Below, one piece after another: positions 40,728 through 51,935 of a stretch of 64,000 bases of DNA. The position numbers were made by a program, and so were the translations under genes. Origin of the DNA: Callorhinchus milii (lineage: Eukaryota); NCBI RefSeq assembly GCF_018977255.1, contig NW_024704771.1:3534001-3598000 (forward strand). The letters are read 5' to 3'. How positions within the stretch are numbered: position 1 is the first letter of the stretch; every line of letters starts with the position of its first letter. The notes beneath the pieces are model-generated. The model was not told the origin of the DNA, made no database searches, and worked only from the letters and a program-made list of their open reading frames with translations.

Positions 40728-40856
40728 GCTTAGTTAACAAAAATGACCGATTTAGCTCATTTTCAGGGCGCAGGTAAATGAAAGTAATGTAGCAAATCAT
40801 TATTATGACAGCAACAAATGTAAATCCTGAAAGAACTCTGTATCCTACAGCAAATC
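40728..40856 (-). CDS. Gene C TM3 exon (129 nt): gFAVGYRVLSGFTFVAVIIMICYITFIYLRPENELNRSFLLTK
   Basis: TTCTTTCCTAG acceptor, C|GTAAGT donor. Confidence 0.9.
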
Positions 40857-41393
40857 CTAGGAAAGAAAAAAATAAAGTTTAGAGTGAAATGGAGAGAATG
40901 CAAAAATATATGTTCTGAATATGTAACACATAATCAATTCCTATTTGCCAGGATAAAGTTTATTTCAATTTAATTCAAAGTTTATTTCTGGTCATTTTAC
41001 TACAGTGGAGTCCTGCAGTGCAGTGATTAGAGCCTTGCAAACAAAAGGACCTGGGTTTGATTCCCAGGCGTGGTGAAACCTATGGCACCATTCCTTACTC
41101 CATATGCCTCTGTTTATCTAAGGAGAAATATACTAGGAGTGAAAACTTGGCACCTGACAAAGAGTCATGCAAATAATAATAATCCTTGCATTTGATATAG
41201 TGCCTTATCACATGATATTGCGCCTTATCACTCTACTCATATGTAGAGTAATGAAACTTTCCCAACATTTCACCCTGCTGGGAATCAAACCAAGGTCTCT
41301 CACTTGCGAGGCGAATGCTCTAGCCACTGAGCTACAGGACTCCTGTATGTAATGACTGTTGAAATTTAAACAAGGAAAACAAAAAAAACTTAC

Positions 41394-41495
41394 CTATGTC
41401 TAATACACCCAAAATAGATGCAGTTAACATGCAAACCAAGGCGAGCATTTGAAAGAATACACCAATAGCAGTGAGTTGCACGTGGCGTTTGTAAA
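41394..41495 (-). CDS. Gene C TM2 exon (102 nt): vYKRHVQLTAIGVFFQMLALVCMLTASILGVLDI
   Basis: TTTTTCATAG acceptor, G|GTAAGT donor. Confidence 0.9.
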
Positions 41496-41640
41496 CTATG
41501 AAAAAAATAGATGAGTGAAACTACTTTATGAGAAAATCAGATTATTATGTTTCAAATTATGACCTACCTAAAGGCTTAAAATTCAAACACTTAAATAGTC
41601 TATGAACTTGTAATATCTTCTCAGAAAAAACATCCATTAC

Positions 41641-41757
41641 CTCTAAATTCCAACAAGGCAAAGAAGATTAAGTACACCGATGAACCCAAGGATGTTACAT
41701 TGCTGACCAGTGCAATGATATAGGCAATGAAAGTATGTTTGTGAGCAAACAGAATCC
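41641..41757 (-). CDS. Gene C TM1 exon (117 nt): gILFAHKHTFIAYIIALVSNVTSLGSSVYLIFFALLEFR
   Basis: CTCTTTTAG acceptor, G|GTAATG donor. Confidence 0.9.
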
Positions 41758-41839
41758 CTAAAAGAGTAAACACATGTGAATTTAGCTTAGTTTTAACAAA
41801 TGTGTTGAATACTACAGTATATTACAGATAGGTATATCA

Positions 41840-42560
41840 TACATAGAATCATAGAATTATAAAGCACAGAAGTAGGCCATTCGTCCCATCGTGTCTGTGC
41901 TGGCTCTTTTAAAAGAGTTATCCAAATCAATCCCACTCACCTGCGCTCTCCCTATACCGCTGGAAACTTGTCCAAATAATTATCTACTCTCTTAAAAATT
42001 GTTATTGAATCGGCTTCCACCACTCTTTCAGGCAATGCATTCCATATCAGAACAACTTGCTGTGTGAAAAAATTTCTGCTCACCTCCGCTCTGTTTCTTT
42101 TAACAATTACTTAAAATCGCTGTCCTCGGATTAGTGACCCACCCACCAGTGAAAATAGTTTCTCCTTTTTCACCCTATCAAATCCCTCATAATTTTGAAA
42201 ATTTCTATTAAGTCTCCTCTTAACCTTCTCTGCTCCAACGAGAATAACCCAGGCTTCTCAAGCCTCTCCTGTTAACTGAAGTCCCTCATTCCTGTTACCA
42301 TCCTGGTAAATCTTCTTTACACCCTCTCCAATGCCTTTACATCCTTCCTAAAGTGTGGTGCCTGGAACTAAACACTAGTTGAGGCCTAACCAGTGTTTTA
42401 TAAAGGTTCATCATAACTTCCTGACTTTTGAATTCTATGCCCCTATCTATAAAGCCTCGTATCTTGTATGCTTTCTCAACAGCTTCATCTACCTGTAATG
42501 CCACCTTCAAAGAGGTTGCAGTACAATTTGGGATTTTTACCACCAGATTGCCTTGCATCG
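41840..42560 (-). mobile_element. CR1 3' fragment (further CR1 3' pieces at about 17840-18190, 23490-23700, 24770-25150, 27575-27960, 29950-30330, 39240-39520, 48610-49030, 54610-55050)
   Basis: AYKIRGFIDRGIEFKSQEVMMNLYKTLVRPQL remnant and typical 3'UTR. Confidence 0.8.
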
Positions 42561-43277
42561 AATGTTATTACTGACAAATTGTTTCACTGTCACTTTTTTC
42601 TCTCCTATAGAATTTTGTAGGTTTATATTGGTTCAAATACAACCAACATAAACCTACAAAATTAAAAAAAAAAGTTTCTGGCTGAATATAACAACAACTT
42701 GCATTTATATCACACCCCTCATGCAGGATAGTGTCCCAGAGCACTTGACAGTGGTGGAGCCTGACGCAAAGTTGGGAGAGGTGACTGTAAGCACGGTTGG
42801 AGAGGAAGGTCTTCAGGCGCCACCTGAAGATTGGGAAGGAGGGGGTAAGGTGGAGGGATTGAGGGAGTGTTCCAGAGTTTCAGGGCATAGTGGCTGAAAG
42901 TGCAGTAGGCTGGAGCCAGTCGAGCGGGCAGTTGATAATTGCCTCTGAAGCGCTTTGACACATTTCGATGTTACAGGTAATATATCAAATGCAACGATTA
43001 TTATCAGAAGGAACCTCTGTCACAACACAAATTTTCCAGACTGAAGTGGATAGATATTTGTTAGCTAAGGGTATCAAGGGATATGGGGCAAGGGCGGGTA
43101 ATTGGAGTTGAGGTACAGATCAACCATGATCTTATAGAATGGCAGAACATATATTGTAGGTTCAAGGGTTCCAAACTGCATCCAGCACTGAAAATATTCT
43201 ACATAATCTTAAATAGTGGAAAACTATATTGATCACTTACACGAATGCAATACTGTACAAGCTGTTATAACACCTAC

Positions 43278-43547
43278 CATCGATCAGGAGGACACGTGAG
43301 TGTCTGTTCAGGCTGACGTGGTTTTTCACAATGCATGTATACATGCCACAGTCTACGAGTGTTGGATTTGTAATGATCAGTGTGCTGTTGTTAAATGTTA
43401 CATTCAAATGGCTGTCACTGTATAGAGTTTCACCTTCTTTCGTCCAAGACATGTTATAAATCATTTTGTTGTTGAGAAGGCAACTCAACACAACAACATT
43501 GCCCACATAGCTGGGTTCCTTCAGTATGATTGGTATTGGCAGTTTTT
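43278..43547 (-). CDS. Gene C Ig C2 exon (270 nt)
   Basis: CTTCTATAG acceptor, G|GTAGGT donor; C...W...DCGMYTCIVKNHVS. Confidence 0.92.
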
Positions 43548-44503
43548 CTATAGAAGAGATGGTACAATTGGTACAATTGCACTGCATGGAGAACGTGACC
43601 TCAAATTTAAAGAGAGAATAGCTCTCTTTGCAAAAACAAAAAGTACGAGACAGACTGGTGTCGGAATTTTTTTTAATTTCAGTTGATTTTACTTTGGGAC
43701 AAACTGATTATCCATCCAATGTTCCTAAGATATTATCCCAACACAATTCCAACTGTTAAAAATAAAAGAAATGTTTTCTTTTTCTCATGTTGTACATGGT
43801 AAATGCAGGCTCCATGAGCCTATCACCCCTAGGCTCGCTGGCTCTGTTGACTTCCCATCCCCAAAGGGATAGAGTTCAAAATCCTTGTCCTTGCCTTCAA
43901 AGCCCTCCACAGTCTTACTCCTCCCTACCTCTGTGACCTGAACTCCATATTGTCCCATCCTCTCAGTGGACTCTGGCCTACTCCAAGTTCTCCATCCTGT
44001 CCGCCCCACCATTGGCAGTTGGGCCTTCAGCCTTTCTTTCTTTTCTTTCTTTGGAACTCCATCCACAGTCCCTTCTCCTCGCCCGTTTTCTTGCCTTCAC
44101 CAAGCCCCATCTCAAGACTTTCTTTGTCAAGCGCACTTTCAGTCACCCTCCTATTCCTACCCTCCCTGTCCTCACCCATCCTGATCCCAATCCCTAGCTC
44201 ATCCCCAGCACATCCTTGATAGTCCAACAACAACAAAATTACATTTGTATAGCACCTTTCACGTTGGGAGGTGTCCTAAAGCATTGGACAATCAGTGTTT
44301 CGGGCATGAGCTAGGGGGTCAGGATCAGGGAGGGTGGAGGGCAAGGTGGCAAAAGGCCCACCCGCCAATGGTGGGGTGAAATGAAGCAGGCCGGAGTCTG
44401 CAAGGAAGTTATTCTCTCTTTAAATTCCCAGGATTTGGGACGTCCTCCTGGCATGAAAGGCACTGTCTAAATGTAATTTGTTGCTATTATAAATAGCACT
44501 CAC

Positions 44504-44857
44504 CTTCAATTATCAACTCTGTGTAGACCTCATTTATTTCAGTAACCTTGGTTTGAAGATCAAGCTTTTCTGATCTTTTACAATATAGACCACTGTCTTC
44601 TTTTTCTAATTGCTTCAATAGAAGAGATCCTTCACTTATATTTGCTCGATGCCTGTATAGATGATGCAGAGAAGCAGTCTCATAGCGAGTAACATAGCCT
44701 CCGATAATTATCTCACTTTCACGTGTTACATGTTTCCATTGCAGAAAATCAAGTGTGTTGAGAGTTGTGAGTGTGAACCCAGCAAATACAACTGAGGAGC
44801 CCAGTACACGATAAATCGGTTTTCTAAATTCAATGCTCTTCTTTTCATCTGAAGATT
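44504..44857 (-). CDS. Gene C Ig V2 exon (354 nt), absent from the ORF track
   Basis: TTCTTGCAG acceptor, G|GTGAGT donor; open frame ...LQWKHV...GSLLLKQLEKEDSGLYC...; homologous to D V2 (IYRV..SSV.F.G). Confidence 0.9.
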
Positions 44858-45090
44858 CTGCAAGAAATACAATACTACAAATATAATTTTTAGCTGTTAT
44901 TCAATCAGCACAAAAAAGCAAGAAAAAAGTTCAGTTTCAAACAGCAAAGAATAACAGATTTATAATAATAGTTATAATTGCATTCGATATTGAGCCTTAT
45001 CACGTCTTCGAGACGATCCAAAGTGCTATACTATAAAGTGAATTGACTGTATACTTTGTGAGTGAAATGCGGCAGCCAATTGCATATAGC

Positions 45091-45392
45091 TCAGTGGTTA
45101 GAACACTCGCTTTGCAAGCGAGAGACCTGAGTTCAATTCCAGGCAGAGGGCCAAACCTCGGGCAAGTTTCCTTACTCCACAGAGCCTAATAATGATCCCT
45201 CCAAAACCAAAAACAATAATAAATTGGTCATTTTCAATCTACGACTGTTTGTGGGACATTGCTGTGCGCAATTGGCTGCCGCGTTCGCCCACAAATATAC
45301 AGTCAATTCACTTTACAGCATATTCTGTGAAGCGCTTTGGGACGTCCTCCCGACGTGAAAAGCGCTATATCAAATGCAAGGATTATTATTAT
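45091..45392 (+). mobile_element. Young SINE, slightly 5'-truncated, nested in an older antisense SINE (about 44985-45630)
   Basis: TATAGC at 45085-45090 and 45393-45398 (TSD). Confidence 0.85.
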
Positions 45393-45805
45393 TATAGCAG
45401 TGTCCCACAAACAGTCGTGGATTGAGTGACCAATTTATTATTTTTATTTTTTTGAAGGGATTATTACCCCGGAAAAGTGATCCACCAATCGACTAAGAAT
45501 CGGGTTCCTAATTCCTGCTTGGTAAACAGAGTAATGTGGAGTAAGGAAACTTGCCCAACATTGCGCCCAGAAATCGAACCCTGGTTCTCTCGCTTGAGGG
45601 GCAAGTGCTCTAATCACTTAGCTACAGAACTGCACTAGGAGGGTGACCGAAGGAGCGGTCTCAAAGGAATGCAGAACAGTTTTTAGGATTCAGATGTGGC
45701 CACTTTATCATGGCAGGAAATCCACCTGCCTGACACCTCAATACTGTAATGAATTCCAGGGACAGTACCATTGACTCTCCCGTTATAGCAGTCGATTAAT
45801 CTGAC

Positions 45806-46102
45806 CTTTAGATGGTGCAACTTCATCCGTTCCATCTCGTTTTCTTGGTTGAAAATTCATTCTACTGTCATTCATTTCCAAATGCTCCAACAGGAGAGAA
45901 CTGTAACTCGAAGGGTGTATTACATGGCTCCGGAGATTCTTAAAATGGGATGTACCCACTTCATATTCCAAAAACGGTGACATCTCATCATACGTGGGAT
46001 AGTTCCATGAGTTCAGCTCACTGCTTTGATTGTTGTTTTCAGAAAACTGAGGGTGAAGAACAGAGTACTGTTCGAGACCAGATTCATATTTCTTCTGGTG
46101 AC
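45806..46102 (-). CDS. Gene C Ig V1 exon (297 nt), open but degenerate
   Basis: TTCTTGCAG acceptor; LEYEVG and SLLL shared with D V1; DxGxY replaced by DSRMNF; weaker G|GTCAGA donor. Confidence 0.65.
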
Positions 46103-46910
46103 CTGCAAGAAAAAATTGGTTAGTTTTAACAACAACTTGAAATTATATAACGCCCTGCAAGCCAGGAAGTGGCCCAGAGTGCTTGATTGTGACTGAATTT
46201 TGGGATACGGTGGCTCATAACACAGCCACTGAAGGTTGAATGGAGGGCACAGTTTTTGCGCAATACCTAGGAAGAAACACTCTAAAAACAAAATGTTGAT
46301 AAAATGTGCCTGGCCTGCTTTCCGTTTCTGAACTGAATGCATGATTATATGCCCATCCCGCCACCCTCCCACCCCATTATTGATCCTCTCACTTGTCTAC
46401 AAATCCTTTCACGCCCTGGCACCCTCCAGCCTCTGCGACCTGCTTTCTCCCCACTCCACAATCACTGCCTCCACTCCGCTGGACTCCTACTTAACCCTCA
46501 TCCCCTCTGATCCACCATTGGCAGCCGCGGTTTTAGACACTCTGCCATGAAGCTTTGGAACGTTGTCCCGCAATCCCTCCGCCTTGCCCTTCCTTCTCTC
46601 CCCCCAATCCCTCCTCATTGCCCCCTCCACGACTGTAGATGAGTCATCTCCCCCCCAGCTTGGTGTCAGGCTCCACCACTGTTAAGCACTTTGAGACACA
46701 CAAATATACAGACAATTTGCTTTAGTCTATTCTGTGAAGCACTTTGAGCGCTCTATCAAATGCAAGGATTATTATTATTATTATACCGTAAAGTGAATTG
46801 ACTGTACATTTTGTGGGGAAGGAAGACACGTGGACAAAACTTGATGGATTTACGAATTTGGTCCATTTTAATCTGACCCCCACCAGCCCCCACCCCTCGC
46901 TCACCCCGAT

Positions 46911-47337
46911 TGTGGCTGTGCTGTAGTTTTGCTGTAGCTGTGGCTGTAGTTGTGCTGTAGCTGTGCTGTAGTTGTGCTGTGGCTGTGCTGTAGTTGTGCT
47001 GTGGCTGTGGCTGTAGTTGTGCTGTAGCTGCGCTGTAGTTGTGCTGTAGCTGTAGATGTGCTGTGACTGTGCTGTAGTTGTGCTGTGGCTGTGCTGTAGT
47101 TGTGCTGTGGCTGTGCTGTAGTTTTGCTGTAGCTGTGGCTGCAGTTGTGCTGTGGCTGTGGTGTAGTTGTGCTGTAGCTGTAGATGTGCTGTGACTGTGC
47201 TGTAGTTGTGCTGTGGCTGTGCTGTAGCTGTGCTGTAGTTGTAGCTGTGCTGTAGCTGTGCAGTGGCTGTGCTGTAGTTGTGCTGCGGCTGTACTTGTGC
47301 TGCAGCAGTGGCTGTGCTGTAGTTGTGCTGTGGCTGT
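46911..47337. repeat. Same microsatellite in gene C intron 1
   Basis: Directly visible. Confidence 0.95.
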
Positions 47338-47346
47338 GCCGCTTAC

Positions 47347-47389
47347 CCTGAGGCGCCAGGAGGAGCAGGAGAGCGGCTGTGAGCAACAT
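47347..47389 (-). CDS. Gene C leader exon MLLTAALLLLLAPQ
   Basis: Identical to the A and B leader exons. Confidence 0.88.
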
Positions 47390-47850
47390 TCCCGCTGCCT
47401 GACTCCAGGGCGAGGGACAAGTCACAAGATGGCGCCCAACGGCAACTCCGCCCTTTTAACGGCCACAGTTCAAAACGAAAGACAAACAAAGCGGCGACTG
47501 GCGCCGCTGTCCGGCTCTCTGGCCCCCGCCCCGCCCCGCCCGGGGGCCGCTCGCTCGGTAACGCCGACTCCGCCCGTTCCGCCGCCTTCAGTTCGGCTCC
47601 GAAGCCGCTTCTCCTTCGCCTCTGACAACGGTGTCAGTTTGTCCGCCTCCCGTCCCCCCCCGCGCTCACTCACTCACTGCGCAGGCGCCGCACCTCCCGT
47701 CCCCGCGCTCACTCACTCACTGCGCAGGCGCCGCACCGCCCGTCCCCGCGCTCACTCACTGCGCCGGCGCCGCACCTCCCGTCCCCCGCGCTCACTCACT
47801 GCGCAGGCGCCGCACCGACCCGTCCTGGAGCTCACTGCGCAGGCGCCGCG
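47390..47850 (-). promoter_or_regulatory. Gene C CpG promoter cassette: four perfect plus one variant NRF1-type site, one fewer GC box
   Basis: Same core as A and B minus one GCCCC unit; TGCGCCGGCGC variant at about 47760. Confidence 0.75.
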
Positions 47851-49246
47851 CCTCATGTGGGCGTGGCCTTGCTGCTCCGGGCTGTGAGGCTGGAGGTCAG
47901 TGTGAGAGTGCAATGAACCCGTTTCCCCTTAAACAGTCATGAACACAGGACACCGGACTCACAAACCACAGGTGTCCACACACAGCAAATCCTCTGTCAC
48001 AGAGCACACACACCGTACGGTTAACATTTCACTTTATTGAACAGAATAAAGCCGCAGCGATGTGGGATTGTTAACAGATGGGACAAATCACGTTTGGGAT
48101 CCAATAACACTTTCACTTTTTTTTTAAAAAAAACTCATTTTGATATCTGGTTAAAAAAATACTTTGCCCGGATACATTACAGCTCTCGCAACAAATGCAA
48201 CCATCCTTGACTTCAGCAAATATATGGATAGCGAAGAGATTTTACATTTTTTTGTCCATACGTGTGTGCACACACGTTACATAGCAATATACAGGATATA
48301 TACATGTACAGTCCTCTGACAAATGACATACAACATCTCGGAGCTGTGCATTACATTACACAGTCATTGATAAAGTTCATTTGTTCAAGAAAGGCCAAGT
48401 TCCTTGCCATTCCCTGCCCGCTGCTCCATAATTGGCAGCACAGAGCAATTCTCTGTGCATTTTTGGCAAAACGGGGAAATATGCTATCCATCTCCATCTC
48501 TATCTGTGTGTGGGGGGGGTGGGGGGGGGGGGCAGGACAACCAACATTCTCTTGTGATGGTTGCATTGTCCAAGGTGACGCGTATGAAACAGAGTTGAAG
48601 ATGTGCTAACAAGATTTACCAGATTTACCAGATGATATCAGGGATGAGGGACTTCGGTGATGTGGAGAACAGAGAGGCTGAGATTATTCTCCTCAAAGCA
48701 GAGAGGTTAAAGGGAGATTTAATAGAGGTGTTCACAATTATGAGGGGTTTTGATAAGCGTAAACTGTGAGAAACTGTTCCCTATGGCAGGTAACCAAAGG
48801 ACACAGATTTAAGATAATTCGCAAAAGAAACAAGAGGTGAGGATTTTTTTTTAAACTCAGAGAGTTGTTACAATCTGGAATGCACTGCCTGAACGGATGG
48901 TGGAAGCAGATTTGATAGTAGCTTTCAAATGGAAATATGGAATTGGATACGTACTTGAAAAGGAAAAAGGGTAAGAGCGGGGGAGTGGGACTCGTGGGAT
49001 AGCTCTTTCAAAGAGTCTGCACAGGCATCAGCATTCTTTTCAGGAGCTTATTTAAATAAAATAGTTCATTAAATTATAGTCATTCATCTTTAAGTTGTTA
49101 CACATTGTAAATGCAAGGCTGAATGTTGAATTGATATATTCTTCCATTCTCAAAACCCCCCCAACCACCCCCTCCCCACCCAAAAAAGAGCGTGATTATA
49201 TCTATTGCACTTCATCATATGCATTGATGAATCTTCACAGGATTCT

Positions 49247-49287
49247 TCATTTCCTGAATTTTTTGATGGGATGCTTCCATTTCTGCA
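49247..49287 (-). CDS. Gene D candidate terminal coding exon: mQKWKHPIKKFRK*
   Basis: CATTTGCAG acceptor; homologous to the C terminal exon. Confidence 0.55.
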
Positions 49288-49691
49288 CTGCAAATGAAAT
49301 CAACAGACACTTGGTAAGCCCCCAACAGACATAATTGGAAGAATACCCATTTTAGATAATAATAATCCTTGCATTTTGTATAGCGTACTTCACGTCGGGA
49401 GGATGTCTCAAAACACTTCACAGTATTTGATATCAAGTGTAGGGACTGTATATTTTGTAAGCAAAATGACACTATGCTGTGCTGGAAAGCTAGCCAGCAA
49501 TTGACTAACAAGCTGGTTCCTACTTACTGCTAGGTAAGTAGAGGCGTGGGGAGTAAGGAAACTTGCCTAAGGTTTCACCCCACCCTGACTTAGACATTAG
49601 AACTGAGGAAGCATCTCTTCACTCAGAGCGTTGTGAAGACATGGAACTCTCCCCGAAACGCTGTAAATGTAGCTGCATAATTATTACTTAC

Positions 49692-49799
49692 TGAACTTTC
49701 CGAAAAAGAGAAAGAATATTCCAACAGCAACCAAATATACCACCACAGCAACAGTGACAAATACTGCCAGCTCTCCAATAGGAACATTACATGCCATCA
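49692..49799 (-). CDS. Gene D TM5 exon (108 nt): vMACNVPIGELAVFVTVAVVVYLVAVGIFFLFFGKF
   Basis: CTACCTGCAG acceptor, A|GTAAGT donor. Confidence 0.88.
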
Positions 49800-50233
49800 C
49801 TGCAGGTAGAAGTAGGAGCGTCTGAATTACTTACAGTTTGGTATAGAGAGCAAGTAACAAATGCAAATCAAGAAAATAATAGAGGGCAAAGAGGGAATAC
49901 CTAAATTATAATGCTAACAATAATAATACTTGCCTTTTATCACGTCGGTGAGATGTCTCAAAGCGCTTTATAGAGTATACTGTAAAGTGGATTGACTCTG
50001 TTTTGTGGATGAAATGCAGCAGCCAATTGTGTACAGCAGTGTGCCACAAACAGTCATGGATTGAGTGACTACATTTTTTTGAGGGATTATTACCCCCGGA
50101 AAGCAATTCACCAATCGACTAACAACCGGGTTTGTACTTAATGCTAGATAACCAGAGGCATGTGGAGTAAGCAAACTTGCCTAAGGTTTGGTCCTGCTCA
50201 GGAATCAAACGCAGGTACTCAATTGTGAGGCAG

Positions 50234-50275
50234 ACACACGTACACACACACACACACACACACAAACACACATAG
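50234..50275. repeat. (CA)n microsatellite
   Basis: Directly visible. Confidence 0.9.
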
Positions 50276-50307
50276 ATACACAAACGCATTTATTGGAAAA
50301 CACTCAC

Positions 50308-50388
50308 CATTTTGTTTGGCTTGCTGAATTGGTATAGATGAAATTATTATAGCTAATACTCCACATCCAAGAATAACCATGCGGTGCC
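50308..50388 (-). CDS. Gene D TM4 exon (81 nt): rHRMVILGCGVLAIIISSIPIQQAKQN
   Basis: TACTAACAG acceptor, G|GTGAGT donor. Confidence 0.87.
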
Positions 50389-50518
50389 CTGTTAGTAAAA
50401 GAAACAAATCTGAGGACATAGGGAAACTGTCACAGATGGTTGACTGAATTGTGTTGCTAACTCAGCTTCAAGGGCACCCTGCTTATTCCACCACGCCCAC
50501 CACAACAACAACAACTTG

Positions 50519-50842
50519 TGGAGTCCTGTAGCTCAGTGGTTAGAGCACTCACTTTGCAAGCGAGAGACCTGAGTTCGCTTCCAGGCAGAGGGCCAAACCT
50601 TGGGCAAGTTTCCTTACTCCACACAGAGCCTAATAATAATCCCTCCAAAACCAAAAACAATAATAAATTGGTCATTTTCAATCTACGACTGTTTGTGGGA
50701 CATTGCTGTGTGCAATTGGCTGCCGCGTTCGCCCACAAATATACAGTCAATTCACTTTACAGTGTGTTCTGTGAAGCGCTTTGGGATGTCCTCCCGACGT
50801 GAAAAGCGCTATATCAAATGCAAGGATTATTATTATTATTAT
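50519..50842 (+). mobile_element. Young full-length SINE with a 9-bp TSD, inserted in an L2 tail
   Basis: AACAACTTG at 50510-50518 and 50843-50851. Confidence 0.88.
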
Positions 50843-51540
50843 AACAACTTGGATTTATATAGCGCCCTCCAAGTCGGACAGCGTCTCAGAGCCCTTCACA
50901 ATGACGGATCCCAGGGCCCAGGGGGAGGGGGAAGAAGGTGACCAAAGGCGCGGTCGAAAAGAAAAATCTTTAGCTGAGAAATGAAAATAAGAGAGGGGGT
51001 GAGGCGAAGTGAGTGAGGAAGGAAGTTCCAGAGCCTCGGGGTGTAGTGGCTGAAGGAACGGCCACCGATAGTGGAGCAGAGGATTCGGGGGACAAGGAGG
51101 AGACCAGACCCGGTGGAGCGAGGGCAACGGGCACTGTTGTGATGAGAGAGGAGGTCAGAGAGGTTGGGACGTGCAGAGGAGTGGAGGGATTTGAAGACAA
51201 GAGTGAGGATCTTGAAATCGATCCTCTGTGGAATAGGCAGCCAGTGCAGTCTGGCAAAGAGTGGGGTAATCGGGGAGCGGAGTTTGGTGCGGGTAAGAAT
51301 GCGGGCAACAGAGTTTTGAATTACCTGGATTTTATGAATGGTAGTGCAGGGAAGACCGGCGAGGAGGGCAGTTGAATAGTCCAGCCGAGAGGTGACAAAG
51401 GCATGGACAAGGGTTTCAGCAGCTTTTGGGGTGAGATATTAGCGGAGACGGATAATGCGTCGGAGGTGGAAGAAAGCGGTGCTGGTGAGGGACCGGATGT
51501 GGGGGGGAGGAAGGATAATTGAGGGTCGAACCTGACGCCC
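50843..51540 (-). mobile_element. L2 3' fragment (many similar 300-700 bp pieces elsewhere, e.g. 3830-4190, 20370-21250, 28240-28660, 30620-31085, 36478-37050, 43790-44480, 53640-54310, 56080-56400)
   Basis: LHW.P...RIDFKIL coding remnants and (CAA)n tail shared with the long L2 copies. Confidence 0.75.
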
Positions 51541-51559
51541 ACCCCCTCCAAGAATGTCA

Positions 51560-51935
51560 GCCATGCTTAAGAGTCTCCAAACCAAGCTGAGAATTCCATG
51601 CATCCCACCTACGCACGGTAATCCCAGAGACAGATTGTTCAAATGGAATGCATACTCTCTGCCTAATAAATTATTAGGCGCAGGTTGGCAACAACCCAGG
51701 CTTGGGGACCCCAGAGTATGCTTTGGGGTAAATGCTGGAGTCTAACCAGCTAAAACAGCATAGCTTGCCTTTGATATTGCTGTCCGGCAAGCTTCCCCCT
51801 GCTTGTCCAGCTAACCCTACCCATTAGGGCTTTGCCTTGCAGGGTTAACAGGAGCTGAGTGGGAGGATTTCCTGCCCCCAGTGACTGGTCTGCCCTTCCA
51901 AACCGGCTGTGCTGTCATCAGCAACGACCTGGAGT
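51560..51935. repeat. Unclassified interspersed repeat of about 400 bp (copies at 39682-40090, 19283-19800 split by a SINE, 20130-20295)
   Basis: Shared AAGAGTCTCCA.ACCAAGCTGAGA, GGAGTCTAACCA, GATATTGCT...GGCAAGCTT and GGGTTAACAGGAGC blocks. Confidence 0.7.

Larger units (their letters stand above)
37377..47389 (-). other. Gene C span: leader-V1(degenerate)-V2-C2-5xTM-tail (about 513 aa)
   Basis: Ten exons in frame; lengths 43/297/354/270/117/102/129/81/108/41. Confidence 0.8.

Noticed and set aside
49835-49900. In-frame hydrophobic 66-nt candidate exon in gene D (GIPSLPSIIFLICICYLLSIPN) with AG/GTAAGT
   Set aside because: Only 35 nt from the TM5 acceptor, absent in the paralogs, and T-rich intron sequence explains the hydrophobicity
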